Assembly (NCBI GenBank): GCA_964489195.1
Contig: CAZAXN010000027.1
Coordinates: forward strand, 346 to 64,345
Source of the DNA: an uncultured Candidatus Bathyarchaeia archaeon
GTDB taxonomy: Archaea > Thermoproteota > Bathyarchaeia > Bathyarchaeales > Bathycorpusculaceae
Direction: 5' to 3'
Length of the DNA stretch: 64,000 nucleotides
This document shows, piece by piece, positions 37,975 through 45,931 of the stretch (position 1 is the stretch's first letter; every line of letters begins with the position of its first letter). Both the position numbers and the translations under genes were made by a program. The notes below the pieces were generated by a model that ran no database searches, had not been told where the DNA came from, and saw only the letters and a program-made list of their open reading frames with translations.

Positions 37975-38781
37975 CTATATCAGCCCTCTGGATTTGAGAA
38001 TTTCCGTGATTTTCCCGGCTATTTCTTCTGCTGTGCCTTTGAGAAATTCTGCCTGTTTCTCAACTGGCGGCACGTAAAGCTTTTCTATGTTTATCCATGA
38101 ACCAGCTGTGCCAACATCATTTTCTGTTAAGCCAGTGTCTGTTAAACTTAGTACTTTGATTTCTTTTTGCATAGCCTTGCGGATGCCCATTATGCTAACA
38201 TAACGAGGCTCATTTATGCCTGTCTGAACGCTGATAAGTGCTGGCAAGCGGATTTCTAATTGCTCTTCCATTCCGCCTTCAAGTTCACGGTTAACTTTAG
38301 CCGTGCCAATGTCTAATTCGAGTTTTTTTGCCATTGTTGCGTGCGGAATACTTAGCATTTCTGCAAGGATTGGACCTACTGCGGCGTTGCCATCGTCAGC
38401 TGCTTGCATGCCAGTTAGTATTAGGTCGTAGTGTAAGGTTTTGATTATACTGTGCAATATTTTGGCTGTTGCATATGCATCCGAGTTTTCGAATTTTGAG
38501 TCTGTTAAGCGTATGGCTGTATCGGCCCCACGTGCTAGGCACTTGCGCAATGTAGATTCGCTGTCTTGTGGACCTATAATTATAGCTGTAACTGTACCGC
38601 CCTGCTTTTCTTTTATGCGCACTGCTTCTTCTAGTGCATAGTCGTCCCATTCGTTTATATCGTAAACTAACCCTGTTTTTTCTATATTTTTGCCTGTGCT
38701 GTCGATTTTCAGTTCTGCTTCAGCTGTTTCTGGAACATGCTTAACACAAACAATAATGTCCAAGTTCATTATACTCTCCAA
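37975..38781 (-). CDS. etfB: electron transfer flavoprotein, beta (small) subunit
   Basis: IIVCVKHVPE, NEWDDYALEEAVRIKE, GMQAADDGNAAVGP. Possible start at 38769 (MNLDII). Confidence 0.9.
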   Translation of the reverse strand: MESIMNLDIIVCVKHVPETAEAELKIDSTGKNIEKTGLVYDINEWDDYALEEAVRIKEKQGGTVTAIIIGPQDSESTLRKCLARGADTAIRLTDSKFENSDAYATAKILHSIIKTLHYDLILTGMQAADDGNAAVGPILAEMLSIPHATMAKKLELDIGTAKVNRELEGGMEEQLEIRLPALISVQTGINEPRYVSIMGIRKAMQKEIKVLSLTDTGLTENDVGTAGSWINIEKLYVPPVEKQAEFLKGTAEEIAGKITEILKSRGLI

Positions 38782-38970
38782 ATATTTGCTGATTCTTGTT
38801 TACAATCGCTTTCATATAATTTTTGCCTGCAAATGCAAGTTTTCAAACATAAGTCTGCGAATATTCCATGACTAGACACCAAAAAAGAATATAGCTGGAT
38901 TCTAATCTACAGAGCAAAAGATTAAAGCTCCAATGCACAAATCATATTATGGTGCAAAAAATGGGGGACC

Positions 38971-41913
38971 ATGTTCTCAACCCGTAAAAGCAAAACATTT
39001 AATACCCGTCAAACCAATTCAAAAAGTTTAATGGAGTTTTTAAAAAAAATCGAGGAAAAATGGCAAAAAAACTGGGAAAATGCAAAAATCTTTGAAGCAA
39101 ACCCGGATGAAAATAAAAAAAAGTTTTTCATAACTTTTCCATACCCATATATGAACGGACCACTGCATGTGGGACACACATTTACAGCTTCAAGAGTGGA
39201 CGCATATGCACGCTTCAAAAGAATGCAAGGTTACAATGTACTTTTTCCATGGGCATGGCATTGGACAGGGCAACCGTTAGCAGGTGCAAGTGAACGCGTG
39301 GCAAAAGGCGATAAAGAATTCATAAAAGTCTTAAGAGAAGTTGACGGAGTTCCAGAAGAAGAAATCAAAAAATTTGCTGACCCACTTTACATGGCAACAT
39401 ATTATACAAATGAGGGAAAGACCGCTGTCAAAAAAGCTGGTTTCAGTGTAGATTGGCGACGAGAATTCAACACTATAATGCCAACATACCAGAAATTCAT
39501 TGAATGGCAATATGAAAACCTGAAAGAAAAAGGCCACGTTTCCAAAGGCACGCATCCAGTTGTGTGGTGCCCAAAATGCCTAAGCCCAACCGGAGATCAT
39601 GACCGACAGGTCGGAGAGGGTGTCACACCAGAAGAGTATACGTTGATAAAATTCAAACTGGATAAGCAAACTTACTTGCCAGCCGCAACATTCCGTCCAG
39701 AAACAATCTACGGTGTAACAAACATATGGATAAACCCAGATGCGGACTACGTTGAAGCACAAGTGAATAGTGAAAAATGGGTAATAAGTGAAAAAGCAGC
39801 TGAAAAACTAAAAGAACAAGGAAGAACTATAAACATAAAACGGACATTTAAAGGAGCAGAACTCATCGGAAAAACCTTTGAGAATCCAATAACAAAGGAT
39901 AACTTCCTAATATTGCCAGGATGGTTTGTAGACCCGAAACAAGCAACAGGTGTAGTCTATAGCGTTCCAGCCCATGCACCATATGATTGGTTAGCATTGA
40001 AAGATTTACAAAAAAATCCAGAAGCCCTGCATAAGTTTGGCATAAAGCCAGAAGTTATTAAGAAAATAAAACCAATTTCGCTGATTAAAATTGATGGTTT
40101 CGGCGATTTTCCCGCTATCGAACTTGTAGAGCAAATGAAAATAAAAGATCAGCATGACCCCAAAGCTGAAGACGCAACAAAACTGCTTTACAAAAAAGAG
40201 TTTCACGGCGGATTTCTAAAAGAGAATTGCATGCAATACGCTGGAAAAATGGTCAGTGAAGTCAAAGATATGCTGATAAAAGATTTCAAAAAACAAGGAA
40301 TCGCCGACTTTATGTATGATTTGCCGCAACCTGTAATCTGCCGATGCTTAACACCATGCATAGTAAAAGTTCTACAAGATCAGTGGTTTCTACTTTACTC
40401 TGACCCAGAATGGAAGAAGAAAGCCAAAGAAGCTCTGAGCAAAATGAAAATTTATCCAGAAACAGCTACTCAATGGTTCTTAACAGTAATTGATTGGCTT
40501 AAAGAATGGGCATGTGCAAGAACCACTGGCTTCGGAACACCTTTACCATGGGGTAAAGGATGGATAATTGAAACTTTAAGTGATTCAACAATTTACATGG
40601 CATTCTATACCATAAACAAACACATAAAACAACATGACATAAAACCTGAAGCACTAACAATAGAAGTGTTAAATCACATTTTCTATGGAAAAGGCGATGC
40701 AAATCAAATAGCCAAAGGAGCATGGATAAACATTCAAACATTAGGAGAAATGCATAAAGAATTTCTATACTGGTATCCAGTCGACCTTAGAGTTTCAGCA
40801 AAAGAGCTTGTCCCAAACCACTTAACATTCTTCATCTTTCAACATACAGCCTTATTCCCTAAAGAACAATGGCCAAAAGCCATAGGTGTTAATGGAATGC
40901 TTATGGTAGAAGGCAAACAAATGCATAAGTCAAAAGGTAACTTTGTGACGATGAAAAATGCAGTTGAAGAATATGGGGCTGATGCCACAAGATGCGCGTT
41001 AATATTGGCTGCAGAAGGAATGGACGATCCAGACTGGAGAAGCGGAAACGTCAAAGACATGCAAAACAAACTTGAATCCTTCTACAAATTTGCAAAGGAC
41101 ATAATAGAAGACTCGAAAAGCAAAGAGCATGGACATATGGAAAAGTGGCTAATTAGCACTCTGCAACATCGCATAGCTGAAGTAACAGAAAACTTGGAGC
41201 AACTGAAAACCAGAACAGCCCTGGAAACAGCCTTATTTGAAACTTGGAATGACTTTCGATGGTATATTCGCAGAAAAGGCGAAGAAAAATCAGAAACAGC
41301 AAAAGAAGCATTAAGAATATGGCTGAAACTACTCGCACCATTTGCACCTCACATTTGCGAAGAACTTTGGAGTGAAATGAAGGAAAAAAGCTTCATTTCA
41401 ACAGCAGAATGGCCACGGCTAAACGCAAATCAAATAGATGCACATGCAGAAGAAGAGGAGAATCTGATAAAAGAAGTAGTTGAAGATACATTGAATGTTT
41501 TAAAAGCAACAAAAATAACTCCTAGAAAAATATTCTATTATACGGCGGCACCATGGAAATGGAAAGTTTGCAAAGAAATTTTCCAAAAATCAAGAAGAGG
41601 AGAAGTCAAGCTTAATGAAATCATGAAAGAATTAGCTGTTGAAGAAGATTTAAAGAATAGAATGAAAACTGTTGCAAATTTTGCTTCAAAAATAGTTAAA
41701 GAAGCTTGTAGGATGCCTGAAAAGAGAATCGAGAACATACTTACAATAGAATCGCTAAATGAGACAGAAGTGCTTGAAAATGCAAAAAATTTCATAGCAC
41801 AAAGATTCAGCGCTCAAGTTATAATATATAATGAAGAAAATTGCAAGCGTTATGATCCCAAAAATAAGGCGGATATGTCTATGCCTTATCGCCCAGCAAT
41901 TTACATTGAATAA
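38971..41913 (+). CDS. leuS: leucyl-tRNA synthetase (archaeal type)
   Basis: HIGH-type PLHVGHTF and KMSKS-type KMHKSKGN. The likely start is Met21 at 39031 (MEFLKKIEEKWQ). Confidence 0.95.
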   Translation: MFSTRKSKTFNTRQTNSKSLMEFLKKIEEKWQKNWENAKIFEANPDENKKKFFITFPYPYMNGPLHVGHTFTASRVDAYARFKRMQGYNVLFPWAWHWTGQPLAGASERVAKGDKEFIKVLREVDGVPEEEIKKFADPLYMATYYTNEGKTAVKKAGFSVDWRREFNTIMPTYQKFIEWQYENLKEKGHVSKGTHPVVWCPKCLSPTGDHDRQVGEGVTPEEYTLIKFKLDKQTYLPAATFRPETIYGVTNIWINPDADYVEAQVNSEKWVISEKAAEKLKEQGRTINIKRTFKGAELIGKTFENPITKDNFLILPGWFVDPKQATGVVYSVPAHAPYDWLALKDLQKNPEALHKFGIKPEVIKKIKPISLIKIDGFGDFPAIELVEQMKIKDQHDPKAEDATKLLYKKEFHGGFLKENCMQYAGKMVSEVKDMLIKDFKKQGIADFMYDLPQPVICRCLTPCIVKVLQDQWFLLYSDPEWKKKAKEALSKMKIYPETATQWFLTVIDWLKEWACARTTGFGTPLPWGKGWIIETLSDSTIYMAFYTINKHIKQHDIKPEALTIEVLNHIFYGKGDANQIAKGAWINIQTLGEMHKEFLYWYPVDLRVSAKELVPNHLTFFIFQHTALFPKEQWPKAIGVNGMLMVEGKQMHKSKGNFVTMKNAVEEYGADATRCALILAAEGMDDPDWRSGNVKDMQNKLESFYKFAKDIIEDSKSKEHGHMEKWLISTLQHRIAEVTENLEQLKTRTALETALFETWNDFRWYIRRKGEEKSETAKEALRIWLKLLAPFAPHICEELWSEMKEKSFISTAEWPRLNANQIDAHAEEEENLIKEVVEDTLNVLKATKITPRKIFYYTAAPWKWKVCKEIFQKSRRGEVKLNEIMKELAVEEDLKNRMKTVANFASKIVKEACRMPEKRIENILTIESLNETEVLENAKNFIAQRFSAQVIIYNEENCKRYDPKNKADMSMPYRPAIYIE

Positions 41914-41922
41914 AGCTATGAA

Positions 41923-42300
41923 CTATATGAATCTGGACATCAGATATAAAGTGCGGTTGTTAACCTTGACGTGGTAGTTCCTTCTTCCTCCACTTGTTGT
42001 TGTAACATAGTAATCTTTTTCTTCAGAGAGTTTGCTTCCGTACAACAAAGCAAGAATCGAGCGACAAATGTTCACGGTAGTCAACCGTTCATCTTTGATT
42101 TTCCTTTCTATCTCCTCTTGCAGAATCCTTGGATTAATAGTGTAAACAATCTCAGAGTTTTGTCCAACAGTTTTATAATGCATCTCCATGTCCTTTAACA
42201 CATAGTGAACAACATCATAATATGGTGACCTACGATTTCTAATCAGCTCTATGTAGTTCACCAGAGGGATAGGTATGTCATTCCTCTGGATTTCGGACAT
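41923..42300 (-). CDS. hypothetical protein
   Basis: 125 aa ORF with ordinary composition and no recognisable motif. Divergent from the tRNA gene. Confidence 0.4.
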   Translation of the reverse strand: MSEIQRNDIPIPLVNYIELIRNRRSPYYDVVHYVLKDMEMHYKTVGQNSEIVYTINPRILQEEIERKIKDERLTTVNICRSILALLYGSKLSEEKDYYVTTTSGGRRNYHVKVNNRTLYLMSRFI

Positions 42301-42473
42301 GCACTTCTCCCCATAATTTTATGAGGAAATAGGTATTTAAAAACTTTAAGTATAATTGTTCTACAAATAATGAATATTATTATAGGTTTTTGAGTAAAAT
42401 TGAACTTGAATAGATAAAACTATATTCAACAGTTAATATCAAATCTTGAAAGGGTCCGTGGCGCAGCATGGAT

Positions 42474-42489
42474 ACATGGAAGACCATAA
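42474..42489 (+). other. putative non-canonical tRNA intron in the D-loop (16 nt)
   Basis: 4-bp helix ATGG (42468-71)/CCAT (42484-87) flanked by 3-nt bulges ATA and AAA. Removal gives the D-loop AGCATGGATA. The junction could slide by a few nt because CATGGA is repeated. Confidence 0.6.
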
Positions 42490-42506
42490 AGCGCGTCAGC
42501 CTTCTA

Positions 42507-42524
42507 AGGCAAAACGCTGAAGAA
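42507..42524 (+). other. canonical 37/38 tRNA intron (18 nt) with a full bulge-helix-bulge motif
   Basis: Anticodon stem, 3-nt bulge AAA, 4-bp CTTC/GAAG, 3-nt bulge TAA, inner helix GGC/GCT with loop AAAAC. Confidence 0.8.
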
Positions 42525-42563
42525 AGCTGAAAGTCCTGGGTTCAAATCCCAGCGGACCCGCTG

Positions 42564-42567
42564 TTTT
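42564..42567 (+). terminator. oligo-T tract just after the tRNA 3' end
   Basis: TTTT starts 4 nt after the discriminator base. Archaeal RNA polymerase commonly terminates at such tracts. Confidence 0.4.
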
Positions 42568-43214
42568 AATTGTTACCTATTACACATACCTTTAAACCAA
42601 AGATAAGCTGCAACACTCGTTGGAAATAGGGGGATGTAAATCTCTATGTCACTGACCATTCATTACGTCTCTTTTACAAATAGTGGAAATACAATGGACA
42701 TGGATGTGTCTATTGGCAACCATTCTCCGTACCAGTTAGGCGAGCGTGGTGACCCATGTCCAAGTTCTCGAAAAAATGAAAACCAAGGCACCCTTTCGTT
42801 ACCCATACCTTCTGATCCGCAGGGGAAAGAATACCAAGTGTAAATACGGAAGAAGAATACGCTCGATTGATTTGAAACGACTGGCGAGAGAGGTAGTTTC
42901 TGCTCTCTAGTTGAAGTGCTAAGGTATTCTGTTGAATTTAACTGGTCATTTTGCTCTAAATAGAAGCCCACTTAAAATGCCAGCAGTAGTTTCTACACCT
43001 AAACCAATAATGGCACATACTATACAAACTATGGTATGCAAAGGGTTATTTCCCGGAAAGGTAATACTGACCATCTTTTGTTTGTTTAACGACTTTCCAT
43101 TTCCTAAGTTTTTCCAAAGCGTCAGCAGATATATCCAATTCTTCAGGTTTTTTCGCTGTCTGTTCAGATGTTGCCTTAGCCTACAAAAACTTCCATGATT
43201 TACCTCTAGAAACG

Positions 43215-43454
43215 TTAGTATTCCGCTTTGGATAATGCTGCTGTCACTATTGCGATGATTCCAAAGGAGATGGTGAAGGTTGCTGTGTATAACCAGTTAA
43301 AAACTTGACCATAGGTTAAATTATATACGATAAGATCGAATGTTATTCCTAATGCAAAACCCATTAAGGAAATGAGTAAAACATATAACACGACTTTCAA
43401 GATACGTTTCCAATTAGCAGTGCTTTCCGTCTTCACATTCAAGATAGTAGCCAT
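43215..43454 (-). CDS. small membrane protein (2 TM helices)
   Basis: 79 aa with two hydrophobic helices (VVLYVLLISLMGFALGITF, TATFTISFGIIAIVTAAL). Overlaps the upstream small ORF by 41 nt. Confidence 0.45.
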   Translation of the reverse strand: MATILNVKTESTANWKRILKVVLYVLLISLMGFALGITFDLIVYNLTYGQVFNWLYTATFTISFGIIAIVTAALSKAEY

Positions 43455-43635
43455 CCTGGGTTTTCCTTATCCCCTCCTTCCCGAGGAACTTTTCCAACGC
43501 CTTTCTTTCGTCCCAAGCAAGATTTTCTGAGCTCATTATCTTCTCAGGTTTTATTCCTGGCTTGGTGACAGCACCAGCCTTCTTAAGCTTTCTAACAGCT
43601 CTTTTCTTGATTAGATGCCAAGAAAACCAAGCCAT
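43414..43635 (-). CDS. small basic protein, possibly winged-helix-like at the C-terminus
   Basis: 73 aa. KKRAVRKLKKAG then ALEKFLGKEGIRKTQDGYYL. A decayed similar frame lies at 43049-43180. Confidence 0.4.
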   Translation of the reverse strand: MAWFSWHLIKKRAVRKLKKAGAVTKPGIKPEKIMSSENLAWDERKALEKFLGKEGIRKTQDGYYLECEDGKHC

Positions 43636-43647
43636 TTTGTATCTCCT

Positions 43648-44955
43648 TTAGTCTCTGACGAATATTGGTAGTATAAATGTCGTTTCAACTTCTATTGGTA
43701 GATAGCCATATGTTCCAAAGCCTTGATCAAGCAGCCAGACCAAATAAGATATCCCGAGCGTGCCTTTTATTTTTATCTTTATACTTCCACAGTGATATCT
43801 CTGCACACTCTTCAATCTAATGAATAATGCCTCAGTTCCGTTGTTAGGAACTAAACCGATGTCTATATCGCCACCTACTTTGAACCAATCGGAATGCAGT
43901 TTCCTATAGGTTAAATTTCCTTGATCCTCATAGCTCTTAACTATTTGCTGATCACCTATGAAATTGAAAAGCTGATACACTCCGAAGCCTCCAGCGGCTG
44001 CCGTCACAACACCAAATGGACCTGCAAATATCCCTCCTACAATCGTTTGAAAACTATACCATAATAAACCAGTAGTTGCTGTGGAAGCAAATGGCGCTAC
44101 AACTTTGAACTGTGGTGAAATGAAGCTTACCTCTGAAGTTTCATTGTAAACTAACGCGGGTGTCTCTATCGCAACAGCTGGCGGTGTCCATATTTCTATG
44201 GTTTTAGGTTCGAACAAAACAGGGTTATCTGGGTATTCCCAAGGGTCAGCTGTCTCATTTCCCTCGTAGTAGGACTTATAGAGATTGCCAGATGTAAGAT
44301 TGAAGAATATCCCTATATCAACGTAGTCGTTCTCACGTGGGTCAAGCTTCAGAAATCCAACAGATAAACCCAAGTTCACTTCTTGTGGATATTCCAATCC
44401 AAACCACTCCTCATATTCATTATGTTTTTCTATGGTTCCGTTCGCTATGATCTTTACTTTTTGGTTGACGAAACCATAATTCGTTGGATCGCCTGTCTCT
44501 ACCCCATTTACATCACACCACGAAGAACCTCCGTAAATCCAAACTTCCTGTAATACTGCTTTTACTGGCGTGTCTTGCGGTGTTAAACTTGCTGTCATGT
44601 AAAATCTTGGTTTTCCAATTTTAACCTTTTCATGCTCCCATGAGAGGAATTGAAAGTCAAGCAATCCAGCACCATTTATATTTCCGAAAATGAATTCTAT
44701 GTGGAAGACCCCTGATTCTTTGCTATTGAAGACTGGGTATAGAAATCCATCTTTCCATGCGTAGATTGTCTCTTGCTGTCCACTCCATTGCCACTCATAC
44801 CATTGTGTGCTGTCAACTTCGAGATTGTCAATGTAATCATCTGCATAGCCCTTTAAATAATAAAGGTCGTAATTAATGAAGTTCATCGTTGTTTTCACAG
44901 TGTAATTCACTTCGGCGTCGCTGTAGTTTGGCACGTATATGCGGAACCTGTCCAT
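43648..44955 (-). CDS. hypothetical protein, aromatic-rich with a central Gly-rich hydrophobic hairpin
   Basis: 435 aa with no N-terminal signal peptide and at least eight N-x-S/T sequons. Hydrophobic segment TGLLWYSFQTIVGGIFAGPFGVVTAAAGGFGVYQLFNFIG around aa 295-335. No family recognised. Confidence 0.55.
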   Translation of the reverse strand: MDRFRIYVPNYSDAEVNYTVKTTMNFINYDLYYLKGYADDYIDNLEVDSTQWYEWQWSGQQETIYAWKDGFLYPVFNSKESGVFHIEFIFGNINGAGLLDFQFLSWEHEKVKIGKPRFYMTASLTPQDTPVKAVLQEVWIYGGSSWCDVNGVETGDPTNYGFVNQKVKIIANGTIEKHNEYEEWFGLEYPQEVNLGLSVGFLKLDPRENDYVDIGIFFNLTSGNLYKSYYEGNETADPWEYPDNPVLFEPKTIEIWTPPAVAIETPALVYNETSEVSFISPQFKVVAPFASTATTGLLWYSFQTIVGGIFAGPFGVVTAAAGGFGVYQLFNFIGDQQIVKSYEDQGNLTYRKLHSDWFKVGGDIDIGLVPNNGTEALFIRLKSVQRYHCGSIKIKIKGTLGISYLVWLLDQGFGTYGYLPIEVETTFILPIFVRD

Positions 44956-44993
44956 TTGTGCGTATTCGTCTGTGGCTGTTTTTATTGTGAAGT

Positions 44994-45659
44994 TTATGAG
45001 TCAGCACCTATGTTTTCAAAGTATTCAAGCTCAAGTAGGTGATAGCCGCTTAAAAGCTGCCCAAGTTCAACGTTGAATAAGCCGCCAACCTGAGAAGATT
45101 TGACGCCGCAGTCAACCTTAACGTTTCTAATTGCATCGTCAACGCTTTTGCTGGCAACAAGATAGAAGGCCTTTCCAGAAAGAGCATCTGTAACATAAAA
45201 CCTAACAAGTATATAATACGAAACGCCTAAGTCACCATCATCTGGCATTTGAAACTCGAAGCTTGTAGAATAGGCAATTGGGGTGGCAGAAGCTTCATAA
45301 GTTTTTCCAAAAAGTCTTGACACTGAACTTACATCTTTCAAGTCAACCTTGCCGTCGTCATTTACATCTGCCAGCGGATTCCAATTTTTAGTGCAAAAAT
45401 AAGACCCATAGGCTCGAGCGGTTATAGTCACATCTTTCAAGTCTACTTTTCCGTCGTTATAAACATCTCCTGGTAAATCAGGCGGAAAAGAAGCATGATC
45501 AACAGTATAATCAGCATAAGCTAAAGGCAGAGAACCGAAAAGCAAAGAAGCAAGAAGCAAACAAGCCAACAAAACCACAACAATCCTTCCCACAAAACCC
45601 CCTCCAAAACAAATACCACAGATATAAAACTTAAATTTTTCGCAACATTCCGCTAACAA
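44994..45659 (-). CDS. secreted dockerin-containing protein
   Basis: The likely true start is GTG 45593, preceded by GGAGGGGGG. That gives the signal peptide MGRIVVVLLACLLLASLLFGSLPLAYA, then a dockerin, then an unassigned domain of about 100 aa. Confidence 0.7.
   Translation of the reverse strand: MLAECCEKFKFYICGICFGGGFVGRIVVVLLACLLLASLLFGSLPLAYADYTVDHASFPPDLPGDVYNDGKVDLKDVTITARAYGSYFCTKNWNPLADVNDDGKVDLKDVSSVSRLFGKTYEASATPIAYSTSFEFQMPDDGDLGVSYYILVRFYVTDALSGKAFYLVASKSVDDAIRNVKVDCGVKSSQVGGLFNVELGQLLSGYHLLELEYFENIGADS
45306..45467 (-). other. dockerin type-I-like module
   Basis: DVYNDGKVDLKDVTITARAYG ... DVNDDGKVDLKDVSSVSRLFG, two Ca-binding loop plus helix repeats. Confidence 0.8.
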
Positions 45660-45931
45660 TGATTAAGAGAAGATGGTGTACTTTCTGAGTTCTACAGTTT
45701 GTTGGCTGCTAAAGCGTCATTCTTTTCCGCAGTTTGCTTGCCAGCTTGGCGACAACGATCTTGGGAAGATAATACTAGACCGCAAAACAGTAGTGTTTGT
45801 AGACTTGTCTGCAGGATGGAATACTTGCAGCAGAATAATAACCCCCCTTTGATTTGCCCGTGAAGCCCCTGAATAGCTTGACCTCTATTCGATGTGCGAA
45901 CGGAAATTTTAAATTAGCAATGCAATAATAA

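Larger units (their letters stand above)
42452..42560 (+). tRNA. tRNA-Arg (anticodon TCT) containing two introns
   Basis: Acceptor GGGTCCG/CGGACCC, D-stem GCGC/GCGC, anticodon stem TCAGC/GCTGA, T-arm CTGGG-TTCAAAT-CCCAG, discriminator G. Removing 16 nt and 18 nt inserts leaves a 75-nt standard cloverleaf with the loop CTTCTAA. Confidence 0.85.

Noticed and set aside
42646-43198. ORFs 42646-42843 (+), 42663-42971 (-) and 42932-43198 (+) downstream of the tRNA.
   Set aside because: They overlap one another, have odd composition, show no SD-like site or recognisable motif, and have no consistent strand logic. I treat the region as non-coding or decayed.
42561-43214. Possible structured RNA (RNase P RNA or SRP RNA) in the 650-nt gene-poor stretch.
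   Set aside because: Only a partial GGAAAGTC-like string is present on the minus strand near 43091, and it falls inside the decayed small-protein frame. I found no following GGGC and no CR-IV/CR-V-like elements.
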